From the NCBI GenBank assembly GCA_040880645.1, contig JBBDHZ010000292.1, positions 1-55,968 of the forward strand: DNA of 55,968 nucleotides. The letters run 5' to 3'. Shown piece by piece: positions 29,175 to 38,843 of the stretch. The DNA comes from Minisyncoccota bacterium. GTDB lineage: Bacteria; Patescibacteriota; Minisyncoccia; Phycocordibacterales; CSBR16-193. Below the pieces are notes generated by a model. That model did no database searches and was not told where the DNA came from. It was given only the letters and a program-made list of their open reading frames with translations. The number at the start of each line of letters is the position of its first letter. Positions within the stretch are counted from its first letter, which is position 1. Made by a program: the position numbers and the translations under genes.

Positions 29175-29699
29175 CTACGAATCGCTCGGTCCGGTTTTTT
29201 CTGCCGCCGGCGCGGCCTGCGGTTCGTTCGCCTGCTCGTTCGTAAGGCCTCGCTGCTCCTCTTTTTCCAGCATCTCTCGCTCTTCGGTCCCGTTGCCGTC
29301 ACCGACATCGAGGTTCCAGGTCATACTCTTGAGCTTGCCCGCCCCGCCGAGACGCGGAACACCGGCGCGCACCTCTTTCTTTTCGGCCTCTTCCAGTGCT
29401 TTTTTGCTCGGTTTTTTTCGTCGCCGGTCCCAGATAAACAGCTTTGACCCGGTGGCGTAGTAGAACGCCGCCTCCAGAACCTCGATGAACGGCTTTTCGT
29501 TCACCTTGTAAAACGCCAGAGCTCCGGCAAGAAGCGCGACCGGAACAATGAGCACGATCGCGACCAGGCGGTACGGGACCAAAAACCACAGCGCGACCGA
29601 TCCGCCGACCCCGCCGGCAATGTAGATGAACTGCTTCAAGGTAAGCGGCCCGAACAGCTTGTTTTCTACCTCTATATATTGGGGGACGTGAAATCTCAT
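29175..29699 (-). CDS. PrgI-family (VirB3-like) protein
   Basis: F.VPQYIEVENKLFGPLTLKQF plus two TM helices. Confidence 0.88.
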   Translation of the reverse strand: MRFHVPQYIEVENKLFGPLTLKQFIYIAGGVGGSVALWFLVPYRLVAIVLIVPVALLAGALAFYKVNEKPFIEVLEAAFYYATGSKLFIWDRRRKKPSKKALEEAEKKEVRAGVPRLGGAGKLKSMTWNLDVGDGNGTEEREMLEKEEQRGLTNEQANEPQAAPAAEKTGPSDS

Positions 29700-29820
29700 A
29701 GTTTATGTACAGGTTTTAGTTTCCCGCTTCTACGAACGCACTTGCTTTTTGTGTACGCATTGTCGCTATTTCGGTTGTACACGGCACAACACGAGAGAGC
29801 GAGAGTCCGGCAGCGAGAAC

Positions 29821-30711
29821 CTAGCTGATCGGCTCGCGGTACGGATCCTCCACTTCCCCGTACCGTTCGTCCGGGTCGTTTGTCTCCGGCGAATCTTGCT
29901 CGATCTCACCGTCCGCGACAACATCGCGCGGACCGTGCTCCCCGTTGGGGTCTTCGATACCGGCCAGCACCTCGCCGCGCGAGAGATTGTGGTGGTCGTG
30001 ATCAGTCTCTTGAAACGAGTCAAACCCTTCGATCCGCTGGTTTGCACTTGAGGGTTTTTGCGGAACCGATCGGGCTGCGTTATCCGCGCCGCCCGCTACC
30101 GGCTCGTCATCGTCCCAGACACTGGGCGGTGTCGCGGGGGCCGGTGGCCGCTTTGCTTGCGGCCGCGGCGCCTGTGTTCGCGGCATCGCCCGTCCCCCAC
30201 GCTCCGAACCACCGAGAGAGCCTTCTTCGGCACCTCTCTCGGCGCCGGGTAGATCGCGCGGTGCAGGAGCAGAGCGCGCCCCGTCACTCTGGCGATCGCT
30301 CCCTCTTCGCGAGGACGAGAGCGCGTTGCGCGCGGCGTCCCGGGGAGACTCGGCCGCTCCGGATCTCCCGCCACGCCGGCCATCCGATGTATCCATCTCT
30401 TTGAGAAATGTGTTGGCCCGCGGATCGCGAAAGACGATCTCCCCTAAACTGCTCGCCAGCCGCGCGGCGATCTCCCCCGGAACTCCCGCCTCGCTTTCGA
30501 GCGACTTCGTGAATCGGGACATCGGACTCACCCCCATCAGGGTGTACATAGTCTGATCGACCACGTCGGTCAGTCGCTCTTCCGCGACACCGCTCGCGCG
30601 GGCAACCTGGCGTATCGTTGCCGGCGTATCCGGAGAAAGCACGACCGCCCGAACGCTCTCCGGGAGCGCTGAGACATACTCGGCGAGTTGTTGTTGTTCT
30701 TGATCTGCCAT
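29821..30711 (-). CDS. Hypothetical protein with a helical N-domain, disordered linker and C-terminal DPYREPI
   Basis: Co-oriented ORF within the secretion cluster. Confidence 0.75.
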   Translation of the reverse strand: MADQEQQQLAEYVSALPESVRAVVLSPDTPATIRQVARASGVAEERLTDVVDQTMYTLMGVSPMSRFTKSLESEAGVPGEIAARLASSLGEIVFRDPRANTFLKEMDTSDGRRGGRSGAAESPRDAARNALSSSRRGSDRQSDGARSAPAPRDLPGAERGAEEGSLGGSERGGRAMPRTQAPRPQAKRPPAPATPPSVWDDDEPVAGGADNAARSVPQKPSSANQRIEGFDSFQETDHDHHNLSRGEVLAGIEDPNGEHGPRDVVADGEIEQDSPETNDPDERYGEVEDPYREPIS

Positions 30712-30743
30712 TGCTCTGAATAATTACTCACGCTGCACTCACC

Positions 30744-33143
30744 CTAGGGTCCGCCACCTGTTCCACCACCGCTACCGGTCCCGCTTCCACCACTGCCTCC
30801 CGAAGGTCCGCCGGCGGGAGGGGTCGGCGGTTGCAACACACCTTCATTTTGAAGTGTTTTAAGGGCGTCTTCAACTCCCTTACTTTTTCCGAAGTTCTTT
30901 TTCAGGTCCTCGAGGTTCTTTCTCAGGTCCTGAAGTTCTTTGACTGCGTCCCGTTCTTCCTGTTCCGCGTCTTTTCTTATCCGGCGCGCCTGAGCATCCT
31001 GTTGTTCCGCCTGTTCTTTCCGTTGAGCCGCAGCTGTTCGATCCTGACGGGCCGCTGCCTTCTGTTGCGCATAGGAACGCTTTACATCACGAACCTGAGC
31101 CGCACGCGCACGCTGTACCGTCTGCGCTCGATCCCGCCGCACCTGCACCTCATCACGCTCTCGGCGCTTCTGCTGAAGCTCGGGGGTGTCGGCCACTGTT
31201 CCTGAAGCCAAGCTCTGTTCCTGCCCTTCCCGTTCCGCCTTTTTCTCTTCAAGCCGGCGCACTAACTCGGGGTCGGGGCCGGCCGGATTGCCACTCGCGT
31301 CGAGGACCCCTGAACGCTGTGATTCTTCTACCCGAGCTTCCAGCTCTTGCTCTTCGTTCTGTAACGCCTCGAGACGTTCCTGCATAGCGGTGCGCGACTG
31401 CTCCTCGAGATCACCGATCTCGGTGTCGACCTGAGCTATCTTTTGATCAAGCTCGGTGGCAAGGGTGCCGGCTCGATCCCTTCGTTCTTTTGTCGCGTCA
31501 ACCTCGGATCGCTGTTGGTCTCGAACGCCTTCATACCGACTCTGGCTCCTGTTTACATCGCCGTGCGCCCGGGCAATATCCGCTCCGGCAGCCCGTTCCT
31601 CCCGACGAGCGACGTTCTGATGGCCGCGCGCAAGGTTTGCCCGTTCTTGTTGGAATTCTTGTTTTCCTCTATTCTCGACCTGTGTATTTATATTTTCGAT
31701 CTTTCCTTTCCGTACCCCCTCTTCCTTCGCTGCGTCCACAGCGGATTTGCCGCCGCCGTACTTGGCCTTGGCCATTTTTTGGGTGGTAAAGCTTCGGAGC
31801 GTCGTCCCGATTCGGGAATTTCCGAGCCGTGAATCGTTTAATTTCTCCTCAGCTTTCCGGCCGAGCCGACCGATCGTGCTTCGGCCCGCAAGCCCTCCCA
31901 CACCGCGGAGCGGTCGCGAGAAAGTGCTGTTCGCCACCTTTCCTCCGATCGATCCGGTCAGTTTGGAAGAGAGAAGTATCGATCCGACAAGAAAGGCGAT
32001 GACAACGATAAAGTTTAACATCAGGATAACCATCGCCCCTCCTCCCGCGGCAACCCCGCTGATAAACCCGCCCGAGGCCTCAGAGCGAAGCGTGGTAAAA
32101 GCCGGACTGGCGACGATCTTTATGACCAAAAGCAGCATCAGGAAAAAGGCCGGAGCAAAGAAGGAGTGTTTGATCAAGGCCCCGAGCCATTTCTGTCCCT
32201 GGCCGGCGGTCTGCGGGAGGATGAACGCCGCCAAGGCCAGCGGTGAGACGATCATAAGGAACACAAGCGCCACGAAACGCAAGATAAGGAGCAGAGCGGC
32301 GGTAAGAAGCACGAAAGCCGCGATGATCATCACGGCCGATCCGGCGATCATCACAATCAATCTCGTAAAGACACTGCTCACGGCGCCGGCGAGGTGATCA
32401 CCGGCGGTGGGTTGTGTGTTGGCGTCGCCCGGCGAGTACACCTCGATGACCATCAGCGTGTCGGCGAAGATGTTAGAGATACAGCTATCGGCCTGGTTCG
32501 TGGTCGTGTCACAGCCCGAGACGTTGGGGTTGGCCGCCGCCTCGTCGCTGATGGCCTGGTGCAACTCTACCGCCAGAAAGTTGCTGAAATCAATGACCAC
32601 CTGGGTGAAAAAGAGGCTGAAGTTGATCAAGAGAGCGACGAGAATGAGATTGCGCAACAAGCCTTTGGCCTGGTTGTCGCCGCTGTTGAACATAAACTTG
32701 ATCCCGATATAGAGCAGAACAAAAATAAACCCTATGTTCGCCAGGTCCCGGAACATAGTCCAACCGGCGCTCACGACGTCTATCGCCTCAACAAAATGCT
32801 TCATATTGAGAACAACGAGCACAACGGTGCCGTTCAACAACACCCCGGCCAGCCATAAGAACCAGGACGTGATCCACAGGACGACATTGGAGAGGAAAAT
32901 AGCAGCCTTCTCTTGCGCCTTAGCCACTTCAGCGGCAATGATGTTACCCGCAACCCTACCGCCAACAGTCGCGCTCGCTTTTATGATTTGTAAAGCAAGT
33001 TCCAGATTTGACAAGCCATCCGCTTCAACCGTCTGAACCGAAACCCCCTCGGTCGGATCGACCGCAACCGGCGCGAAAACACCGATCCCGATAAGTGATA
33101 CCAGGACTCCGCCCAGAAGGAATTTTCTCAGGAATAACGGCAT
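30744..33143 (-). CDS. VirB6/TrbL-like polytopic membrane protein with a long C-terminal coiled coil
   Basis: GW..FRDLANI.FI, LI.VALLINFSLF, R...L.FL.I.SPLA....ILP......W; E/Q/R-rich tail. Confidence 0.8.
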   Translation of the reverse strand: MPLFLRKFLLGGVLVSLIGIGVFAPVAVDPTEGVSVQTVEADGLSNLELALQIIKASATVGGRVAGNIIAAEVAKAQEKAAIFLSNVVLWITSWFLWLAGVLLNGTVVLVVLNMKHFVEAIDVVSAGWTMFRDLANIGFIFVLLYIGIKFMFNSGDNQAKGLLRNLILVALLINFSLFFTQVVIDFSNFLAVELHQAISDEAAANPNVSGCDTTTNQADSCISNIFADTLMVIEVYSPGDANTQPTAGDHLAGAVSSVFTRLIVMIAGSAVMIIAAFVLLTAALLLILRFVALVFLMIVSPLALAAFILPQTAGQGQKWLGALIKHSFFAPAFFLMLLLVIKIVASPAFTTLRSEASGGFISGVAAGGGAMVILMLNFIVVIAFLVGSILLSSKLTGSIGGKVANSTFSRPLRGVGGLAGRSTIGRLGRKAEEKLNDSRLGNSRIGTTLRSFTTQKMAKAKYGGGKSAVDAAKEEGVRKGKIENINTQVENRGKQEFQQERANLARGHQNVARREERAAGADIARAHGDVNRSQSRYEGVRDQQRSEVDATKERRDRAGTLATELDQKIAQVDTEIGDLEEQSRTAMQERLEALQNEEQELEARVEESQRSGVLDASGNPAGPDPELVRRLEEKKAEREGQEQSLASGTVADTPELQQKRRERDEVQVRRDRAQTVQRARAAQVRDVKRSYAQQKAAARQDRTAAAQRKEQAEQQDAQARRIRKDAEQEERDAVKELQDLRKNLEDLKKNFGKSKGVEDALKTLQNEGVLQPPTPPAGGPSGGSGGSGTGSGGGTGGGP

Positions 33144-33155
33144 AGCGTAGAGCTA

Positions 33156-34391
33156 CTAGAAGAAGTTTGCGATTATGCTGTTGATGATGTTCTTTGCGAC
33201 ATCCATCGCGGCGTCCTCGAGCATATCGACCATATTGTCGAAGTACTCCTGAAGATTGATATCAAACAGATCGTTGATGAACGAATCAAAAGTGTCGAGG
33301 AAATCCTCTTCCAAGACCCCGCCGGTCTTCATGTCCTCTTCGATCTGGTCACACGCGGCAACCAGGTCGGCCACCACACTCTCCGCCCCGACCGACGATC
33401 CGTGCTCACCGATCTGGGTGAGCGCGTCGTCACAGAAACCGACCGCCCGGCTGAGTTTCTCCCGATTAATGTTTCCCGGAGTAATAGTTCGCTGGCCGAC
33501 GATTTCTCCGGTATCGGGGTTTTCAATAACCTCAACGTTGCCGTGATACCCCTGGTTCCAGTCAAGCTTGAGCCGCTCGGTCTCGAGCGCCGCGGCGGTC
33601 CGGCGATTCAGTGCTTCTTGAGCCTTATCGAACGCGCCGTACGGGTTGTTGTCCGGCACCTGCGTCATCGCAAACCATGAATTCCAGCCGCCCTGGCTGA
33701 AGTCACCGCCGTAAAACGCCTCTGAGTTTTGGGCGCTCCCGGTCACGTCATCGAAGGTGTAGTTGCGGTCGTAGTACGTACTGTCAAACGACGGGTTCGA
33801 CCGGCGGAGCCCTTCGGCGACCGCGTCCGAGTACGGCTCCGGCCCGGTGTCCGATGAGCCGGCGCTACCACACACGGAGAAGCCATACGACTTCTCCATA
33901 AAGCGATTGAACTCGCTTTCCGCTACTTCCTGGAAGTAGAGATCCGGCTGGTCCTCGGCGTACGGTGACTGCGTCGGACCGTTGCAGTCCGACAGATAGC
34001 GATTATCGAGGTACCCGGAAAAGCCCTTCTGGATGTCGGTCAGTGTTTCTTTGTTTTTCTCGACAAGTGCCGCCTTTGCCTCGCCTTCGTCTTCCGGGTC
34101 ACGGCGGACCTCTTTCTCGACCAGTTCACTGAGCAGGCCCACCAGCTCTTCGAGCGCGCGCACGCTTTCTGAATTAACCTGAATGTTGGCCTCGTCAACG
34201 ACCGGTACGTTCTGGTTGCCAACGACCCCGAACACGGTCGGAGCAACAGTGAAAAAACTAAGAGCAAGCGAGCCGGCAAGAAGTGCGCCCCCTAAAAATC
34301 TCGGTGAGAAGCGCCCCGCTTTCCGCTTTCCTCCGTGCCCACTTTCTTGCCCATCTTCTTGCCGGTGAATCGTGTGTGTAAATAGTGCCAT
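33156..34391 (-). CDS. Exported acidic protein of the secretion cluster
   Basis: Signal/TM segment, VPV.D, GDFSQGGWNSW...PDNNPYG and ITPG motifs. Confidence 0.75.
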   Translation of the reverse strand: MALFTHTIHRQEDGQESGHGGKRKAGRFSPRFLGGALLAGSLALSFFTVAPTVFGVVGNQNVPVVDEANIQVNSESVRALEELVGLLSELVEKEVRRDPEDEGEAKAALVEKNKETLTDIQKGFSGYLDNRYLSDCNGPTQSPYAEDQPDLYFQEVAESEFNRFMEKSYGFSVCGSAGSSDTGPEPYSDAVAEGLRRSNPSFDSTYYDRNYTFDDVTGSAQNSEAFYGGDFSQGGWNSWFAMTQVPDNNPYGAFDKAQEALNRRTAAALETERLKLDWNQGYHGNVEVIENPDTGEIVGQRTITPGNINREKLSRAVGFCDDALTQIGEHGSSVGAESVVADLVAACDQIEEDMKTGGVLEEDFLDTFDSFINDLFDINLQEYFDNMVDMLEDAAMDVAKNIINSIIANFF

Positions 34392-34469
34392 CGTGTGCCT
34401 TGTTAGATTAGTAACCGCCACCTCTGTTCGTTCTACGTTAGTATATCGCAGTTTCGGACACCGCCGAGA

Positions 34470-35294
34470 CTAGCTCTGGGCAAAACGAACACCCGACGCT
34501 TCGAGATACGCCATCATCTCCTCGTACGCATCCACGAACGTATCGGCAAAAACCGGATACGCTCCGGCATCCACCACCGCCCGGATCGGGTCTGCTTCCA
34601 TCGCCGCCATCCCCTCGGTCCGTTTAACCATCAGCGCGACGCTGTTCACCAGCTTCAGATGGGCCTCGACAGCCTGCTCCGGGGTCGGGACCTGCACAAG
34701 GTTCTGTCGGATACGCTCGTAGCGCTGGTGGATCACCGCAAGCTCGGTCAGGAGCCGCTCGCGCTCAACGGCGTCGTCGGTCTCCCGGGCCCGCTGATAG
34801 AGGACGAGTTCGGTTCCGATGGTTTCTGGATCGGCGTTTATAAACGCACCCAGAACCCGTGTTCCGTATGTCTGGATATCACCGGACGCAGTGATCGTGA
34901 GGTCATCACGTGTTGTTTTGTTGTACCGCTGAAGGTACGCGGCTATATCGTGCTGCGCCAGAAAGTCCCGGACCAGCTGTGTGTTATCCGCGGCAACCGC
35001 GGCATCGGCGTCGCTGACCGACGCGTTATTTGTCGACGCGCTCAGGTACTCACGGAACTGAACCGTGAGGGTGGCGTCCTCGCCCGACGCGTCGGGATCA
35101 AACGGCCGGTACGACTCGCCCGACGTCCCGATCCGATTCGCCGTTCCTCCCGCCCGGTCCTGCTCACCGAGCTGCGTGTCACCGCTGAAATACGTGAGCG
35201 ACCCACCGGTAGAAATAAACGTGCTAAGAATAACAAGCGCCCCCAACCCCGCAATCACCCCGACAACAATCAAAAATGTTTTACTTGGTACCAT
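34470..35294 (-). CDS. Membrane-anchored helical hypothetical protein
   Basis: N-terminal TM and a VPTPEQAVEAHLKLVNS helical domain. Confidence 0.75.
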   Translation of the reverse strand: MVPSKTFLIVVGVIAGLGALVILSTFISTGGSLTYFSGDTQLGEQDRAGGTANRIGTSGESYRPFDPDASGEDATLTVQFREYLSASTNNASVSDADAAVAADNTQLVRDFLAQHDIAAYLQRYNKTTRDDLTITASGDIQTYGTRVLGAFINADPETIGTELVLYQRARETDDAVERERLLTELAVIHQRYERIRQNLVQVPTPEQAVEAHLKLVNSVALMVKRTEGMAAMEADPIRAVVDAGAYPVFADTFVDAYEEMMAYLEASGVRFAQS

Positions 35295-35366
35295 ATACAA
35301 AGAAGTATATCAGACATTTCCCCACCCGAACCTGTTGATTACTTTCTCAGATGCTATACTTTCCGT

Positions 35367-36215
35367 ATGAATTATTTCACGCATACAAAAAGTGCTTTCG
35401 TTGTCGGTGTTGTCCTTGTCAGTGTCGTCGGGTTTTGTGTTTCTGTACCCCGCGCATCCGCTCAAGACGCAACTATGATCCAGCAGCTTCAGGCGCAGAT
35501 AGCCACTCTTCAGGCAGAGCTCGCCCAGCTCCAGGGAGGCGCACCGACGGTCACCGGCCGCCTCACGGCGGACCTCTCCCCCGGCGATCGCGGTCCGCAG
35601 GTGCGCACCCTCCAGCAGATGCTCAACGCCGTGCCGGGTATCCGGATCGCATCGAGCGGCGCCGGTGCGCCCGGCAACGAGACCGACTTTTTTGGCTCGC
35701 TCACCACACGCGCCGTGATCGCCCTTCAGGAGCAGTACGCCGCCGAGATCCTTGCTCCCTGGAACCTCGTCCGAGGAACCGGTTTCGTCGGCCGGACAAC
35801 CCGCGCCAAACTCAATGAACTGGCCGGCTCACCAGAGGGCTCCGGCACCGCTTCCGGTAGCGTTGACGTCCAAGACCCCGCACCGGTCATCGCCCGTGTC
35901 AGCCCGTCGAGCGGCACGAACGGCGACCGTATCACGATACACGGCATGCACTTTACCCCGACCGGAAACACGATCGTGACCAACCACACCAGCGCGGAAA
36001 ACCACCAGACCATAGACTCGCCTGACGGAACCACGCTGACGTTCACCCTCGACACCGATCTCGGAAACGAGCTGAGCAAGCAGTTCAGTCGTCTCACGCG
36101 AGACGGCCGGCTCCGGGTCCAGAGCCGGTTCCCCAACGCCCTGGCGTTACGTATCCTTGTCCGCACCGGCAACGGAGAGAGCAACGACATCCGCTTTGAT
36201 TATGAACCCTTTTAA
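35367..36215 (+). CDS. Secreted peptidoglycan-binding protein with an IPT/TIG-like domain
   Basis: Signal peptide, short coiled coil, LSPGDRGPQVRTLQQML...FFGSLT..AV...Q...GFVG..TRAKLN and PVIARVSPSSG..GDRITIHG. Confidence 0.85.
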   Translation: MNYFTHTKSAFVVGVVLVSVVGFCVSVPRASAQDATMIQQLQAQIATLQAELAQLQGGAPTVTGRLTADLSPGDRGPQVRTLQQMLNAVPGIRIASSGAGAPGNETDFFGSLTTRAVIALQEQYAAEILAPWNLVRGTGFVGRTTRAKLNELAGSPEGSGTASGSVDVQDPAPVIARVSPSSGTNGDRITIHGMHFTPTGNTIVTNHTSAENHQTIDSPDGTTLTFTLDTDLGNELSKQFSRLTRDGRLRVQSRFPNALALRILVRTGNGESNDIRFDYEPF

Positions 36216-36230
36216 ATACCTTCTTCCTGT

Positions 36231-37835
36231 ATGAAACTATCTTTTTCCCTTACCGTCCTCGCGTTTGTGTTCTCGGTCTCGCTGATCGCCACGGCGGTAT
36301 TTCTCGGCGGGGCACGAACGGCGGGGCACGCGCAGGATATTCCGTTCGGCGGTCGATTTACCACTATTACCGATGTCTGTTGCGACGGGACGATCGTGCT
36401 CCAGCACGAAGCCGTGCGGACGGGATTTCCAAGCGGACGGTTCAAAACAAGCTGGGGGATGGACGCCTACCGCGAGCTCTTTTACTTTCCGCTCCCGCAG
36501 ACCTGCGCCCTTGGCTTTGTCAAACCGTTCGGCTCGTGTGTAACCGTGAGCTCGCTGTGTGAGAGCTCAACCCCGACCGACTTCACCATAACCACGATCG
36601 GCACCAGCTTGCCGAGCTGCCAGTTCGCCTCCTACAGCGGTACCGTTCCGAGCGGAACCGATTCATTCGGCTCCGATACGCCGGATTCAGACGGGGGTTC
36701 CTTTAAGGACCGGGATATCAACGACTGGCCGCGCTTTGATGGCCTCGGCGAGGAGCCGGACAGCGACGCGAACGTCCTAAACCAAGACCGCGGCTCGTTT
36801 GCCGAGTCGTCGCGGCGCATTACCGACGTATCGTTCCAGTGCCGAACGGCGCGCTCAAGCTCGCTCAATGATTCGGTCTGGCAGACCGTGGCCACGATGC
36901 AGGACATTCACCCGAACGACGCCAGCCGACAGGGGCGCCTCGGCACGGTCGACGACGACGTGACCTATCGCTGGAGTTACACCGGACCGTTCGCGTCGGG
37001 CGTAAGTCAGCTTCTCAAAAGCACCAACGGTGGCTCCACCTTCTCGCCAACCGGCGTTTCGTTCGCCTCGTCCGGCATTCACCCGCGCAGCTTCATTCAC
37101 TTTGACTGGTACCAGGTGTCCCGCCGAGAAGGATACCTCTACAGCATCGCCGAGTCAGGAAATCCATCGGTCGGCAACCGCTCGGTCTACCTGATGCGTG
37201 TTCCGTACGGACAGGAAGAGAACCGCGGCGCGTACCAGATTCTGGCCAGCACCGGATCAGACGATGTCTGGACCAACACCCTGAGCCAGGGCACACCGCT
37301 CTTTACCGACACCCAGTGGATCAACGAGAACGCCCTGCCGGTGGAAGAGATCATCGCCGCGAACGCCTCGAGTATTCAGAACAACCGGCTTGTTTTGGAG
37401 GGTGGGCGTGTGGTCATCGACAACATCGAGTACGAACCCCAGATGGGCGTTATTGATGGTGACGCGAGCGTGAACCGACCGCTCAACCGCGGCCGCTCGG
37501 TCGTAACCTTCCTTCCACGCATCGGTCGCTTTATTATGATCGTTCCGCCGGTCTTTGAGAACAAGAGCGACATTTATGAGCAGTACTACTGGAGCGAACC
37601 GGACACCTGGACGGTCCTCGAGGCCGAAGAGCCGTGGGGTCCGTGGTCGGTCGTTGACGAGTTCCGGCGCGGTGGTGTCTGCGGCAACTTCGGCTCAGAC
37701 GACGATATGCTGTACCGCTACCCGATTCCGCACGTGATCGGCGACCCGGACTCTGATTCGGTCGACATCTGGACCGCGCTCGGATTCGAAAACAATTTCC
37801 GGCTCATCCGAACCAAACTGAAGCTCGGCAATTAG
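36231..37835 (+). CDS. Secreted protein: Cys-rich N-module plus DUF4185-like C-terminal domain
   Basis: Signal peptide, PFGG...CC...C...C...C; YLYS...VYLMRVP...W....PLF...SVV.F...GRFIM...EAEEPWGPWS. Confidence 0.7.
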   Translation: MKLSFSLTVLAFVFSVSLIATAVFLGGARTAGHAQDIPFGGRFTTITDVCCDGTIVLQHEAVRTGFPSGRFKTSWGMDAYRELFYFPLPQTCALGFVKPFGSCVTVSSLCESSTPTDFTITTIGTSLPSCQFASYSGTVPSGTDSFGSDTPDSDGGSFKDRDINDWPRFDGLGEEPDSDANVLNQDRGSFAESSRRITDVSFQCRTARSSSLNDSVWQTVATMQDIHPNDASRQGRLGTVDDDVTYRWSYTGPFASGVSQLLKSTNGGSTFSPTGVSFASSGIHPRSFIHFDWYQVSRREGYLYSIAESGNPSVGNRSVYLMRVPYGQEENRGAYQILASTGSDDVWTNTLSQGTPLFTDTQWINENALPVEEIIAANASSIQNNRLVLEGGRVVIDNIEYEPQMGVIDGDASVNRPLNRGRSVVTFLPRIGRFIMIVPPVFENKSDIYEQYYWSEPDTWTVLEAEEPWGPWSVVDEFRRGGVCGNFGSDDDMLYRYPIPHVIGDPDSDSVDIWTALGFENNFRLIRTKLKLGN

Positions 37836-37856
37836 CGAACGCGCCGTACTCCACAC

Positions 37857-37888
37857 AAAAACCCGCGACATCACGTTGCGGGTTTTTT
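37857..37888. terminator. Bidirectional intrinsic terminator
   Basis: AAAAACCCGCGAC-ATCAC-GTTGCGGGTTTTTT. Confidence 0.8.
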
Positions 37889-37917
37889 GTAACACGTTCA
37901 CTGATTCGATCAGGGGG

Positions 37918-38772
37918 TTAGTCACTCTTGCTCAGCGACTGCGCCAGACAGAGCCACATTCCCGCCGAGAGATCCTCGGCGCGCACTCGCGCGTCACACC
38001 GGCACCGCTCGAGTGCCGAGCGCACCTGCGCGGCAGGGTACCGGCGCGCCAGATTACCGGCAAGCTGCTTGCGTTTCTGTCCGAAGCCGAGATGAAGCAG
38101 GTTAAACAGTTCCGCTTCGTCAACGCCCCGTACCCGCTCACATGAGATCTGATCCACAACCAGGATCGCTGAGTCCACTTTGGGGGGCGGATTAAAGCTG
38201 CCCGCCTTCACTGTCCCGGCCGTTCTCGGCTCACCGTACAGCTTGACCGATATCGAAAGCAAGCTTTCTTTTCCGTCGCGCGCACCAATACGCTCAGCCA
38301 CTTCTTTTTGCACCAACAGAACCAGAGCGCTCGGTTGTATCCGGGCGGTTAAAAACCGGCGAATGATCAAACCGGTGATGTAGTACGGGATGTTGGCGAC
38401 GAGTTTGTAGGCGGACACCTCATTCGCAGCGCCGGAGGCAAGCAAAGGGAGGCGCTCGACCTGAACGTTCTCGATATCGTCAACGACAAGCGTCAGCTGT
38501 CCGCGCACCACCGCGTCCGCAAAGGTTGTGTGAAGTTCGGCGGCGAGCGCCTCGTCTTTCTCCACCGCGACGACCCGCGCCCCGGCCTCGAGAAGCGCTT
38601 TCGTGAGCACTCCCCTCCCGGGACCGATTTCGAGCACTGTTTCCCCCTCTTGAATGTCCGCGGCGTCCACGATCCGCTTAATCGCACCAACGGACGTTAG
38701 GAAGTGTTGTCCGAGTGATTTTTTCGGTTTGTTTGGCGGACTGTTTCTCGGTTTTTCCCCGTTATCTTTCAT
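37918..38772 (-). CDS. rsmA: 16S rRNA adenine dimethyltransferase
   Basis: KKSLGQHFL, LEIGPGRG.LT, VANIPYYIT, QKEVAER and F.PPPKVDSA. Confidence 0.96.
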   Translation of the reverse strand: MKDNGEKPRNSPPNKPKKSLGQHFLTSVGAIKRIVDAADIQEGETVLEIGPGRGVLTKALLEAGARVVAVEKDEALAAELHTTFADAVVRGQLTLVVDDIENVQVERLPLLASGAANEVSAYKLVANIPYYITGLIIRRFLTARIQPSALVLLVQKEVAERIGARDGKESLLSISVKLYGEPRTAGTVKAGSFNPPPKVDSAILVVDQISCERVRGVDEAELFNLLHLGFGQKRKQLAGNLARRYPAAQVRSALERCRCDARVRAEDLSAGMWLCLAQSLSKSD

Positions 38773-38843
38773 TGAGTAATTACAGCACGCCCGTCTAGAA
38801 ATTGCAAAAACCCACCCGATCGCGACCTCTCACCCCCACGTTG

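Noticed and set aside
34659-35366. 5' extension of the 518-aa ORF 34659..36215
   Set aside because: It is antisense to the 34470-35294 gene. The signal peptide and an extended -10 indicate a start at ATG 35367.
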